The notes beneath the pieces were generated by a model. That model saw only the letters and a list, made by a program, of their open reading frames with translations, was not told the origin of the DNA and searched no databases. A DNA stretch of 64,000 bases from Chrysomallon squamiferum (Eukaryota > Animalia > Mollusca). The stretch is from NCBI GenBank assembly GCA_012295275.1, contig CM022674.1, positions 3,596,001-3,660,000 on the forward strand, given 5' to 3'. Shown in pieces: positions 27,490-42,970 of the stretch. Both the position numbers and the translations under genes were made by a program. Position 1 is the first letter of the stretch. Each line of letters begins with the position of its first letter.

Positions 27490-28398
27490 GTAATGATGAT
27501 GATGATGATGATGATGATAATAACAACAATAACAGCATAGCAGTAGCAACTGTAGACGTAGTAACAGTAATATTAATAATGATAGTAATAAATGCAGTAG
27601 TTGTTGTATTAATACAGGTAGTAGTAATATATGTAGTGGTGGAATAAGTAGCCTTTTGTAGTAGCATTAGTGGTAACAATAATAACAGTGGTAATAGTAC
27701 TAGTAGCAGTAGCAACAACAGCAGCGACTGTAGTAATAGTTGTAGCAGCAGTATTGGCAATAGTAATAGCAGTAGTAGTTATAGTAGTAATGAAAGCGGT
27801 ACTAGAAATAATGATGGTAGTAGTAAAATTAGCAGCAGTAACAGCAAAAGTAGTAGTAGTAGTAGTAGTAGTAGGTGTAGTAGCAGTAGTAGTAGCAGTA
27901 GTAGTAGCAGTAGTAGTAGCAGAAGTGGTAATAGTAGTAACAGTAGCAGTGATAAGAGTACTACTAGTAGTAGGAGTAGTAGGAGTAGTAGTAGTAATAA
28001 GAGTACTAGTAGTAGTAATAGTAATAACAGTACTAGTAGTAGCAGCAGCAGTATTAGTAATAACAGTACTAGCTGTAGTAATAGTAATAACAGTACTAGT
28101 AGTAGCAGCAGCAGTATTAGTAATAACAGTACTAGTAGTAGTAATAGTAATAACAGTACTAGTAGTAGTAGCAGCAGTATTAGTAATAAGAGTACTAGTT
28201 GTAGTAATAGTAATAACAGTACTAGCAGCAGCACTAACAACAACAGAAACAACAGTAGTAGTAGCAGTAGTAGTAGCTGTAGTAGTAGTAGTAATAATAG
28301 TAGTGGTAGTAGTACTAGTAGTAGTAGTGATAATAATAGTAGTTGTAGTAGTTGTGTTATTAATAGTACTTTGTGATAGTGGTAACACTAGTAGTAGT

Positions 28399-28431
<33 letters not shown>

Positions 28432-28580
28432 AAGTAGTAGTAGTAGTAGTAGTAGCAGCAGCAGCAGCAGTAGTAGTTATAATAGCAGTATTAGTAAAAA
28501 TAGTAGTAATATTAATAATGACCATTATGATAATGATGGAACAATGACAGTGGTAAGCCTGATGATGGTACCGATGATGG

Positions 28581-28610
<30 letters not shown>
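27490..28610. repeat. Degenerate (TAG/TAA/CAG)n trinucleotide tract with a higher-order repeat of about 63 bp at 28015-28230
   Basis: gtaatagtaataacagtactagtagtagcagcagcagtatta recurs; source of the poly-T/V/L ORFs. Confidence 0.85.
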
Positions 28611-28611
<1 letters not shown>

Positions 28612-28905
28612 ATAAAAGCTTACAAAGAACCCGAGATAGACCGAGAGTAGGAAGGATCGAGTCAGAGAAATGTAAAAATATTTTCCATCTTCTATAGTAA
28701 AACTCACTGGCTGACTGTATGTACTATATAACTGTAAGTGCAATATGTCTGTTAATAACTAGTTACTTAGTAGTTTTAATAAGCTTTGCATGTAATCTGT
28801 TTCTGTGAAAATAATAATGGATTTTCGATCGATTTTTTCGTAATCTCTTTACCTAACAAGATTAGATATTGTCGAGTAATTTAATGACTCGATATGTGTG
28901 TGTGA

Positions 28906-28944
<39 letters not shown>

Positions 28945-29091
28945 GTGTTTTTAAACATTTCCTCATATGTGTATATTTCCTAACTGTATACTGAATATAG
29001 ATACATATATAAAAACATTAAGTGCATCACTGCATTTATTTGCTATGAATGAATGTAATAAAAAAAAAAAAGTGTCACAGCTGTTCACAAC

Positions 29092-29161
<70 letters not shown>

Positions 29162-29490
29162 GGTTTTCTTTCGGTTTTGGATTTTTTATTGTTTGTTTTG
29201 GGGAGTTTTTTGTTGTTGTTTTTTTTTGGGGGGTTAAAAAAAAACAAAAGAGAGAAATAATTTGTATGAAGCGCAAATGATGAATTAAGATAAAGTTTCC
29301 TTATCTCTGAAAGCATCCATCAATTCATTTACTGGTTGGTTATCTAGTTAACTAAGCGTAAAGTGCGACAGATTTATTAAATTTTAAACAGAATAGTCTG
29401 TGTGTACCTATCTACCTACCTAAAAACATGTATGTACGTACAGACATATACATACAAACCCAGATAACACATACACAAACACACACTGAT

Positions 29491-29551
<61 letters not shown>

Positions 29552-30822
29552 AATCACACAAATACATACACAAACATTCGCAGATATCTGCATGCACACA
29601 CCCACACACAAACACACATACACAAACACACATAAACACACACACATAAACACATACACACAAGCATACTTGAATATTATATTACGTTACATTACATTAC
29701 GTTATGTCACGTTACGTTACATACATTACATTACGTTATCTCACGTTACGTTGCATTACATACATTACATTACATTACATAATACTATATTATATACATA
29801 CACAAACTGCACACATACACACACACATTACAATACGTTATGTCACATTACGTTACGTTACATTACATACATTATATTGTATTACATAATACTATATTAT
29901 ATTATATTATATTATATTATATTATATTATATTATATTATATTATATTATATTATATTATATTATATTATATTATATTAAAGTATAGTATACTATAGCAT
30001 AGTATAGCATAGCATAGCATAGCATAGCATAGTATAGTTTATTACATTAGATATGCTGGTTCCTGACCTAAGATATCAGCAATATAAAACGAAAATAAGA
30101 ACGCACCGATGAATCGAGGATATGCACAGAATAAAACTGGTGCCTTTAGTCAGCAACCAATGATTATTTTTTATCTTGCAATCGCAAATAAAAAAAAAGA
30201 AGAAATAATTAAATTTAACTGCTTTATTTCTCAACACAGATCTTAACTGTAGAAGACTCAGGCGTTGATGTTTCGCTTGTCGCAATGCATCAACAAAATC
30301 CACGTACTTTAAGATCTGTTCCAGAAATTAAACACTGAAGAAATAACTACGAGCAGTATAGATTATATATTAGGTTTATAGCAAGGTATTATATGTAAAT
30401 ATCACTGAATTTATCGAAATTTGGAATTTTATCTACTCGTATTAGCTTGCAGAATACACGTGCACACACGTACACACACAAAAAGACATACATAGGATCG
30501 CTTGCCGATAATTGAAGCGAGTAATTAACGTTGAAGCGAGTTTCCTCTCTAAAGTTATCATTAAATGAAACAAAAGTTTATACCTGATGCCTGTTAAATG
30601 ATGACAAGAAACTCACGCTGTGCCGTTTCGTAACGCAGTATTATGATCATTTCATTTCCAATAAAAATATATCCTTCACGCCAGATGTCGCTATTTGTAA
30701 TTTATACACTTTTCATTCAGTTATAAACTGCCATATATGAATATTGATTTAACGAGATTCGTTGTCTCATGCACAGGTGTACTCTGTTTTTAATGTCTTC
30801 ACTGAAACGGTTTATTATTATT

Positions 30823-30910
<88 letters not shown>

Positions 30911-31865
30911 CTACATGTACTTGTTGCTTCTGCTGTTTTTTATATTCTTAGATTTTTTTCTGTTTTGATTTTGTTTTATTTGAGGTTTTTAGCCTTCTTT
31001 TCTTTTTCTTTTTTTTTTTTTTTTTTATTTTATATCTCTCTCTCTCTCTCTCTCTCTCTTTCCTTTATTGTTTCTTTGTTTTATTATTATTATTATTATT
31101 ATTACTGTTGTTGTTGTTGTTGTTGATGCTGTTGTTGTTGTTGCTGTTGATGCTGTTGTTGTTGTTGTTGTTGTTGTTAACCCGGTGTTACATAAGTTTT
31201 AAAAAAAAAAGGATCTTTATAAAACGACTTTTTCTACAAATAACGAGGTTTTGCTTTTATTTATTTTTCATTATGTTTTATATTTTGTAACTCTTATTTT
31301 ATTTTGTTTTTATTATATTTTATTTTATTTTATTTTATTTTATTTTATTTTATTTTATTTTGTTATTCACATTCCTAAAAGTTAACACATCGCCATCAGC
31401 TGTATCAACATAATCATCATCATCATCATGGAACAGTCGTAACTTATCGCTAACCGCTCATTCGACAACTACTTTCACTGTTATCAATCACTGATAAACG
31501 ATTTTCACATTTATCACCTTGATCTTGTCAATTACCGTGGTAACCACTTTACACCCACCCACACACACACACACACACACCACACACACAAACAGATACA
31601 CAGACATAGACACAAAAACAGACACACACAAACACAAACACTCATATCTAAAATTCAACATACAAGCAAATACACTGATATGAACATAATCATACATACA
31701 TACAATCATATATACATACATACTACATAAATACTTACACACATGTATACGTATATATGTATGTACATATATGTATGTATATATATATGTAAGTGTATAT
31801 GTATGTATGTATATATACATACATACATACACACATATATATATATATATACATACATATACACT

Positions 31866-31913
<48 letters not shown>

Positions 31914-32094
31914 CATATATATATACATACATACATATATACTTACACATACAAAGTCACACATGCACAGATACATGCACACAGACATATAGACAGACAG
32001 ACGGGTAGACACACACACATACATATTTTCACCCTCTCTTATTCTTTCTTCTCTCAAAATCGTTATTTTACATTTTTAACGGAAAGCCATAGAT

Positions 32095-32177
<83 letters not shown>

Positions 32178-32299
32178 AACAGACAGATGTAGACAGACAG
32201 ATAGACGAACAGACAGACAGAGAGATAGTGAGATAGACAGATAGACAGACTGGCAGACATGAGAGAAAGAGATAGACAGACAGACAGACAGTTAGATAT

Positions 32300-33663
32300 G
32301 TTTCACTCCCACTCAGCCTAAAACTAAAAAACATCTGTCACCCACATAGCCAAAATGATGTTGGGATACCTGGGCCAAATGTTATGATAGTAAAGTAATA
32401 TTAAGGGCAATGGTCCGTTCTTTATATTAAGTGAATATAACCCAGTAGATAGCAGTACTCTGGTGGTGATGCTGATTAGTGTATATGAATGAACAGAATC
32501 TAGATGGCGTTGAGCGAACAGATAGTCATGTACAGTTTAAAAGCCAACCAAAGCCGAGCTACATCAGTCATGATGACTAACGCGTACATGGAAGTCGAAT
32601 TTATCGATAACAACAAAGGCGGATACTTCCTTGTACACAACGACTTTCAGTTCAGTGTTAAAACCCGATGTAAAGATACCACTTATTGGCGTAGTAGGCA
32701 TCACAGGAGAGGTTTCCTTGCAACGGCAACCACTCAGAACAGAGTGATATGTAAGATAGGTCTGCCACACAACCATCTAGTGACTTTAAGTCAGTTGACA
32801 TTTCCAAGCTTTTGAACAAGATGAAGAAGAAACTTAGAGAAGAAGTCATTCCTGTACCCCTACCATTTATGATGAAGAGCTATCATCAGGTAGATAGTAT
32901 GGCTTATGAGAGACTAATATTAATTTTAAAATCAGTGTATTAATAAAGGTTATTATTACAAATAGATGAACAAGACATTTTCCAATTACCCGCACATATG
33001 AATATCGTAAATGCAGTATGTTTTTAGTGGATGCCAAACATGTTAACAAAAAGGTAGAATGTCATAAAGATATTATGTCTTCATAAACTGAACAATCTAG
33101 TGAAGTCGCCAGAACCAAACATTTACAATAAAGAACCTGCAGGCCAAAAAACGAAACAGCAGTTATACAACTTGCAGCAACTGGTTGACGGAACTAAAAG
33201 AAAAAGAAGTATCGTCACATTGAAAACAAACTTCAAAATCTGAAACTCCGTTTTCAACAGGGACACGTGCCAGTTCAGGACTATGTCAGTGCAGCTTCAT
33301 TCTACATTAACTTTTGAATTGTTTCAGCGTATTAATAAAGATTATTATTACTAACAGATATATATTATATCGTAAATGCAATATGTCTTGATAACATAAC
33401 AAAAATAAATCATTTGTGTCTGTGTCGAAATGAAGATACCCACGTGTATTAATAAAGATTATTATTACTAACAGATACATATTATATCTATTCAATGCAA
33501 TATGTTTTTAGCGTCGAAATGAAGATACTTGATACAGACTATAACACGAATACAACAGCATGACCAAAGTTAATCCCATACCACCCAACTCCCACCTAGC
33601 CAAAACCCACTGTTGTCGTAACAGATTGATTTGGTTAGCTTTCTGGCTAGATGGGAGGACACC
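32300..33663 (+). mobile_element. Decayed, internally deleted Mutator-like (MULE) DNA transposon with a FLYWCH zinc-finger remnant
   Basis: 32504-32890 reads KGGYFLVHNDFQFS...TYWRS...FLATATT...HNH...KMKKKLREEVIPVP/IYDEE (FLYWCH pattern with Cys lost). 33083-33317 reads HKLNNLVKSPEPNIY...ETAVIQLAATG*RN*KKKKYRHIENKLQNLKLRFQQG...DYVSAAS, resembling MULE transposase C-termini, with stops and frameshifts. A cccacNtagccaaaa-like motif occurs at both ends (32340, 33590) and inverted at about 33645. Confidence 0.65.
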
Positions 33664-34123
33664 TTAGATAATTACACTAAAACTAACTAAAGTTAACTAA
33701 AATCTGTATAATTACGCATGATAAACATTGACCTTTAGACTTTCAGGTATTTTGTCACTTCGTTCTTTCGCCAAGTAAAACCCGGTTGACCGAAAATAAA
33801 TAAAAACGAAATAAAAATATATATAGTTTCTTTAAATTGTCAGGCCCTTTTGTATTCTGCTCAGTTGGCCTTATGAAAAACACCGCTCTGCGTTCTTAAC
33901 GTTGCCACATCTATCAAGAACTTCAGCCTAGCTGTAATTATATTTACTGTTATCTAGGTGTACTGTCTCCACGCTTCATTGATTACTGTAAGAAAGCAGA
34001 AAGTCTTTCTCGCTGACATGAACTCTCCTTGTATCAAATCAAAGAATACGTGCGCGGAAAAAAAAGCTTTTCGATATTGACCGTTTAATTAAAACGTTCA
34101 GGCTTACGTAACTCACTCACACA

Positions 34124-34200
<77 letters not shown>

Positions 34201-34967
34201 ATATATATATATATATACACAAATGTCTCTATAGTGATAATATCATCATCATTATTATTGTAATCATAATGGTAATAGGTTTTAAAAACGATAAAGAGAA
34301 TTAGTATAAAAGAATAAATGAAATTATAAGAATGAAATATAACGTGTTCGTCTATGCTTGCGTCTGGATAGTTACATACAATAAAACGAGACTTACATAT
34401 AAAACTAATTACAAAATAAATGTATATTCGAACGTATGTTATGTATGTTTGTGTGCGTGTGCGTACGTGTGTGTATATTAATGTATGTATATATGTACGT
34501 GTGTATGTATGTATATATGTATATATGTATGTATGTAGGTATTATCAAACACTGATTAACTTCAAATATTTGCTTAGTTTGCAACTTCAGAAAAGAAAAT
34601 ATCAATCCATATGTCGTTCTTTCTATTCACATCATAATTATTATGCAATATTTATAAAATAATTTAAAAAAAAAAAAAAAAAAAAATCACAATAACGATT
34701 AAAACACTTGTTTCCTATTGAACAAACTGCAGATCGCTATAACACATCTGACATTCCCATCTAATCTCAGCGAATTTAATCGCTTATGTGATAAAAATAC
34801 AAGCAACAGATGTTGGCTTTTTTTGCCTCACTGACCATATGGCGAGAAAAATACTGATTCTCAGACCCACGGTACAATCAGCAGTGACAACAAGCGCGCG
34901 AGCTTTTGGGAATACGTCTGCAGATTGCGAGACACTGCAGACGTCACTGACAGATATACGTACTTAC

Positions 34968-35250
34968 CTGGACTTGCACTTCTCTCTTGACGCTGCCAAA
35001 TGTCTTACTTCCTTATCACGAATACAACCTCCATAAATTATGCCGGCTAAATCGGTTGCTATGGATTCTACGATCCCCTCAAATGATCTCACACGACTTC
35101 CATTTATCGATCCGAAACGGATGGCGAAGATTGCCGAACTTGCTGCTACGTTTTTTCGTTACAAATCTTCAGACTCCAGCGCGGGATTTAGCTCGTGCAG
35201 CTAGCTATCAACCATCCACGTTCATTTCTTCTTCTTTTTTTTTTTTTTTA
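34968..35250 (-). other. Candidate 5' non-coding exon/promoter region of the SLC7A4-like gene
   Basis: Perfect donor CAG|GTAAGT at 34968 in a CpG-richer non-repetitive block. The coding exon begins with an acceptor at 27308, 11 nt before the ATG, so an upstream exon is required. The upstream boundary is a guess. Confidence 0.4.
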
Positions 35251-35867
35251 ACTCTCTCTCTCCATTGTTTTGTTGCTTTTATTATTTTTATTTTTTTGCT
35301 GTGTTCATCCAATAGCTTTTAGTCTTCGTTTTCCCTCGCCGTTTATTTTATCGACGTCTGCCACATCTGTTTCAATTACACAAACATCGTAATCTGCCTT
35401 CTGACTTCGAGCTGTGTGCGTGTGTGTGTGTGTGTGTGTTTCAGTCGAGACAGCTTTCGCGACAAAATAACAACAACATGGCGTGACCTAGATAACTGCA
35501 CGCTCCACTGAATCGATCTGTTTCGCGAACCGAGCAGACGCGTTTGAGAGATTGTTGTCCAAATGATTCTATTTCTGGACAATTACGAAACCGCTTTGTC
35601 CGACTGTTGTTATTCTTGTTCTTCTTGTTTATTTTTTCTTTCGCTACAAGTTCAGGGTCGTAGCTAACGTTTGTATGGTTGTTGTTTTGTTGTTTTTTTT
35701 GTTGTTGTTGTTTTTGTTTCATATCTAAGGGAGATGTGGGTAACATAATTAATTAAAAACACGAGGATATTGTAGCATCAAGGTAATTAACATCTTCTCT
35801 GGTAAACTGGTATGCCAGTAAATATCGTGTTTGATATATTTTAATATAGCTAATTTTTTATTTCTTA

Positions 35868-35899
<32 letters not shown>

Positions 35900-35901
35900 C
35901 C

Positions 35902-35980
<79 letters not shown>

Positions 35981-36028
35981 GGATGATTATTTTAAAGCTA
36001 ACATTCAGTGTAGATATATATGTGTATG

Positions 36029-36105
<77 letters not shown>

Positions 36106-36308
36106 CAAATATTATACACATAAAAAAAAATATCAGATATATTCTAATTTTATTGGAATAAATTTTCCTATAAATTTTTTAAGTCTGTCACAAACCATCT
36201 GTGATGATTATTAAAAATAGAGAGGATGTCAGCCAATTATTATGTAACCCGACATGTATGAAAAAAGTAATCACACACATACAGACACACACACACACAC
36301 ACACGCAC

Positions 36309-36380
<72 letters not shown>

Positions 36381-36440
36381 ATGCATACATACACATACAC
36401 ATACTCACATACGTACGACGTAGGTATATATATATATATA

Positions 36441-36491
<51 letters not shown>

Positions 36492-36994
36492 CTATGTGAA
36501 ACTAATTTACTGATTCAATTTACCAGGAAGACTGAACATGGATTTAACGTTCTTATTCCATTAACGAGAGACATACGACATTGTCAATACAGGTAACAAT
36601 TACACCAGACTAACAGGTACCAGAAGGTATTAAGCACTTATTACGCACTGATTTTCATTAGTATGATTTAAAAAGATACCGGGGCGGTGTTCAGAGAATG
36701 ACTCCTGCAGATAACAATGTTTGGAAATAAGCTGGTTTGTTTCATCAAACCCTTCATATTTATCACTAAAATAAATTTGCACAGTACTTGCTGCTAATGA
36801 TGATTTTTAATCTTAATAAAATATAAGTGTTCTGTGATACATTAGCGTGGAAAGAGTTTTAGATATGAAAAGCTTTTTATGTTGTTTTTTTTTGTTTTTT
36901 TTTTCGTTTATTGTTCTTTTTCTTTTTCATCTGCATCTTCCTCCTCATGCTGTTTTTCTGTTCTTATGCATCATCATCATCATCTTTTTTTCTT

Positions 36995-37087
<93 letters not shown>

Positions 37088-38237
37088 TTTCCTTTTACCA
37101 TTTACTTATTATTGTTTCCTTATATTTTTAATTATTTATTTGTTTATTTATTTATTTGTTTGTTTGTTTATTTATTTATTTATTTATTTATTTATTTGTT
37201 TATTTATTTACTTTTATTTTATTTTATTTTATTTTATTTTATTTTATTTTACAGTTCACTTCGCTAAGACACGGGTAAAGACAGGGGCACGTAATTTGCC
37301 CTGCTTAATTTCCCCACTCACTTACCTCCCCTTTTCATCATTTTTCACCGCCCCCAGACGAAAGCTACAGTGACGTGTCTCAGTCTATCGATCGTTTCTT
37401 ATTTAGCGTAACTCACCTCGCGTTGCTATTTAACGATGCACGTGGGAATAATGATTTCGAAGACAAAGGAAAATTACCCTCATAACAGAATCCCACATAA
37501 CAGAATCAGATTACGCGTTTTATGATAGAGATTTCGTTTTATGCCATTAACAGTTTAATCATTTTGTCCGCTGTTTGTATAAAAAAAAAAATAATAATGA
37601 TAAAATAAAATAAAATAAAAAGGTATAGATTTGGAATTGATTCTTTCTGTCACCGTTACAGACTGTTAATTTCCACACATGAAAAATTAGAATAAAATAA
37701 ATAAATCATTTTCCAAATAAGTTTTGAATGAATGAATGAATGAATGAATGAATAAAGTGTTGTATATATTCCCACGAAATACACAAATACACACATATAC
37801 ATCCATATACATATGCGCATACGTGTTTTTGTACATTCATAGATAAGTATGTATATTCAAGAGTGCGCGCGCGTGTGTGTATATATGCATACATACATAT
37901 ATATACGTGTGTGTAAATAAATATATATTAAAAACAACATTTTATTTAGTCTATTTATCTTTCTATCTAGCTATCTGTTTATTTATTTAGTTGTTGCTAT
38001 GAAATATTAGTTACAGTAATAGAAGTAGCGGTAATAATAGTATCTAGTACAACTAGTAGTAGTGGTAGTGGTACTAATAGTTATAGTAAGAAGAAGAAGA
38101 AGAAATAGGAAAAGGAAAAGGAGTAGTTCTAGAATAAGAAGAATAACAGTACCACTACAGTCACTACTACAAGTACAAGACTACTAATAGTAATAATAAT
38201 ACTTCATAACAATAATAAATTAATAATAATAACAATA

Positions 38238-38283
<46 letters not shown>

Positions 38284-38622
38284 TATCATCATCATCATCA
38301 TCATAACACTCAGTTATCATATATAAAGAAAACCATTTGCTGAACAATAATTTTAATCAGATTATTATATTATCTGTAACTGATTTTTTCTGACAGTCTG
38401 GTACACCAAATGTTGAAACGATGCACAATTGTTTTTTTGTTTTTTTCAAAACAGTGAAAAACGCCAGTGAGCCAAATCCATTTATGAATTATTTATAGTA
38501 ATTAAAGAAATCTTTGTTATCAACCTGCCTTAACAAACATGAAACTGTGTGCGTATGTATGTGTGTATGTCTGTGTGTTTGTGTGTGTGTATCTATATAT
38601 AGATAGATAGATAGATAGATAC

Positions 38623-38653
<31 letters not shown>

Positions 38654-39360
38654 GAGACATAGAAAGATGGATATAGATAATATAAACGCACGCACACACA
38701 CAGACATACACACATACATACGCACATATATATATATATACACTATACACTCACACATGCATATATTGCGTCTGTGCGTATGTGTGTGTACATATGCGTT
38801 TTTATGTATGGGTTTACGTGTGTGTGTTTCATCTGTGTGTGTCTCATCTGTGTGTTTATGTGTTTATGTGTTTATGTATATAATATATATGCCTGTGTGT
38901 GTGTGTGTATGTGTGTGCGAGTGTGTAATGCATATGTGAGCTTGTCGATAAAGAGCAAATAATCTGTAATTTGCTATAGACTGCTAGCGTTTGAGAAAAG
39001 CGTTGAAAACTTACTATATCAAAAAACAGTTGATAGCATCTAGCTAACAATATATCCAACTAGATTACACTGCTTAATCCGTGTTAATTAATTTTATTTG
39101 TTATTTAACAAGTGATGCAATCATTTTGTGGAATAAAGGGAGATAATTCTATTTGTTTCTAAACAAGAACGATAATAAAGTAAAATTAATAATTACTTCG
39201 TAATATATATATTAATTATTTTTCTTTTTTATTTATTTATTTGTTTGTTTGCTTGCTTGCTTGCTTGCTTTCTTGCGTGCTTGTTTGTTTATTTTCTGTT
39301 TTTGTTGTTTGTTACTTTTGTTTTCGGTTTTTCCTACTCGCATTATTTGACTCCGTATTA

Positions 39361-39402
<42 letters not shown>

Positions 39403-39516
39403 TTTTTCGTTGTTGTTTTTTTGGGGGGTTTTGGTTTGTCTCCTCTTTCAACATAAGTAGCAAAACAACGGCCATAGCAACAACAACAACACCAATAATA
39501 ATAATAATAATAATAA

Positions 39517-39578
<62 letters not shown>

Positions 39579-40002
39579 ATAGTAATCCTAATAATAATAA
39601 TAAACATGACAATTCGCTTTATGCACGTACACAGTACAACATAGTTAGAAATATGCGGTCGAATGCATAGAATACATATCTCTTCTACCCACTATTTCTT
39701 TTTTAATAAATTTCTATTTATGCATCTAGCTAATGTATTAATTATAATTCTTTTTTCTTTATTTATTTCTATTTCTTCTTCTTCTTTCTTTCTTTATTTT
39801 TCTTTTTTTCTGCAGATATGAACACCGGAATACAGCTGAATGTGATAAGTGAATGCACGGGATTAACAAATTACTCTTACAAATATCGTGCGCGCTCGAA
39901 CAAGCTCAGGTTTTCCGCGACAATACCTTAACAACACTCATTACTTAGTAACCGCCCACGAATACGAAACGAGGCGCTGCTGCGGGATTTCCATTATTGA
40001 TT

Positions 40003-40171
40003 GATAGAAACTACTGCCGCAACCCGCTGAACCGACCAATGAAAGTGCGAGTATTATATCTGCCTGCCTATAATAATATGGTTGCCAACTATTCGGGGTT
40101 ATTACAAAAACTCGGACTGCCCTTTTGACATTAACAACTTGGCGCGGACTTTAGAAGTTGCAGATATACAA
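40003..40171 (+). promoter_or_regulatory. Promoter and non-coding exon 1 of LC8 copy 1
   Basis: GATAGAAACTACTG (40003), CCAAT (40036), GTTGCCAAC (40081) and donor CAA|gtgagt (40171); homologous to 46249-46433. Confidence 0.6.
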
Positions 40172-40415
40172 GTGAGTTGTGTATTTTATACGTTTTCATG
40201 TGTTTTGTAAACCTCTTACGCTATATACTGTAACAGTTAGAAAATATACGATGGTGTGAAAACCAAAATAATAACAATGTGTGGCCTGTTTTGGAGGATT
40301 TTTTGTTTTCATTGTTTTTCTTCTTTATTTATTTATTTTTATTATTATTATTATTATTATTTATTTATTTTTTTTTTTTTTTTTTTTGCATCTTCTGTTT
40401 GCTACTTTGCTACTT

Positions 40416-40447
<32 letters not shown>

Positions 40448-41090
40448 TTTATTTGCATTTGATACCAACTTATATTTATGTAATTTCTTTTTAGTTTAAA
40501 ACAAAATTAATGAATAATTTAGAAGTGAATACGTATTATTTTTAGAGAGAGAGAGAGATTGTTAATAGCAGTATTAGTAGCAGCAGAAATACTAATTCCA
40601 GTAGAAAGAGAATAAAAAGACTGTATTTGGAAGAACTAACAAAACTATAAAAACATTTTAAAAAGGCTTCAGAAAATTAATCTTAAATATCTTACTAATT
40701 AGTATTTCTTGGTTACGAAATAATAAACTGCATTTATTGGTTTAAGCGTTTAATTAATTGTAATACTGCGCATGACCAATCCGTTTCGGTGCGCATTCTG
40801 GACATAATTATTTCCCGTTATGACCGGTGCGCAAAGAAATAATAATACCTGACGTTTCACGGAATTTGCATATTTCAATTGCATAAAATGGCGTTCTAAA
40901 TAATCGCTTTTGTCATTGTTGATCGTAATAAACAGCATATCCTTATTTATTTATTTTTTTATTTTTTATTTATTGATTTATTTATTGATTTATTCCTAAT
41001 TTATGTATTTATTCATTTATTCATTTATTAGTATTATTCAAGACTTAGAAAATGGAATATCTTATTTTATTTATATGTTTTTAATTTTAA

Positions 41091-41387
<297 letters not shown>

Positions 41388-41911
41388 AATGGTTCAGTAG
41401 CCATTATGTAAATTAGAAGCACAAATCATGAACATAACGTGACGTCAGATCGTTGTCTGAAATGGCTGACCATTCAGATGAATGGTGAATCATAAACTGA
41501 TGATATTATATCCTTAATTTATTATTCTGTTTGTCATAATATTGTTTCTTTATTATTATTTTTTTTTTTTCATTTTACAATTATTTATTTATTTATTTAT
41601 TTTCCTGTTTACTTACTAGAAATCTTTTTTTTTTTTCAAATGTTTGACTGTGATAACGTAGAATGCAAGTAACTGGAGAAAACAACAAATTTCATTTTAC
41701 TAAAAAATGTATTTATTTATTTCTTCCAATTCTTTTTATACAATTTCTGCAAAACTCGGAATATTGTACAGGTACAAATTTTGAAGACAGAACTCCCACA
41801 CTGGAACTGATCTCTGTTTATAAATAAATTTTAATACTGTGAATCGTTTGTAGTGTTTTTATTTTAAGTGTTTTAGATTACTTGGTTAGTTCTGGCGGAT
41901 AGCTGATTTTG

Positions 41912-41949
<38 letters not shown>

Positions 41950-42817
41950 CATTTATTTTTAATTTTTGTTGTTGTTGTTGTTGTTGTTGTTATTATTTTA
42001 TTTATTTTATTTTATTATATATTTATTATTATTATAATACACTTTTTTCATTTCTTTTTTTTTTTAATTCTTTTTTATTTTTATTTTTTATTTTTTTTTA
42101 TTAAATATATTAATTTGTTTAACTGATCTCTCTGTCTGTCTATCAGTCTATCTATCTATCTACCAATTTTTAAATAAATATACTACACTGTTTTAGATTA
42201 CTATTTTTATATGCCACTTTTAACCACTTCTGAAATCCGAGCCTAATGGCAAATTTTCGCACAAAAGCCGTAAATTTTCTTAATGGCAAATTCGCTTATT
42301 GAAATATATCCAGTTTAGAGCACTATAAAGCACCAGAAATGAAATATCCGTACTTACTTACATTCTATTTTCTAATTGCCTTAGGAAAACATGCAGAACG
42401 GCCTGTGTTGTTTTCAGCATTCATGGAGTTCAGGTTAAACCGAGAGAAATATTTTTTTTTGTTTTCGAGATTCTTCACCTTCACGAATACATATGTATTA
42501 TTCATGCAATTAAACAAAGAAGAAGAAAATGAACGTGATGAAAATTATCATCCCAGCAACAACAGTAACTGCTACTACAACTGCACCAATAAAAAGAAAA
42601 AAGACGTCAACGACAACAACAATAATAGCAATAATATCTTCTTTTTAAAAAAAAAAAAAAAAAAAAAAGTGTCCGTTCTTTTAATAGTTGTGTTCGGAAA
42701 AAGAAAAAAAAACAACGACTACAACAACAACAAGCATAATTGTAGATTAGTAATAGTAGTGGTAGTAATAGCACTAACTGTAATAGTAATTTTAGCATTA
42801 TTAGTAGTGATCGTGGC

Positions 42818-42851
<34 letters not shown>

Positions 42852-42925
42852 ATTATAATAACAGGAGTATAAGAAGCTGTTGCAGTAGTTGTGATATTAG
42901 TCGTCGTATATAGATTGATAGATAA

Positions 42926-42970
<45 letters not shown>

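Noticed and set aside
27609-28404. Long Thr-rich and Val-rich ORFs (mucin-like appearance)
   Set aside because: They are translations of an intronic trinucleotide microsatellite, with no splice or signal context.
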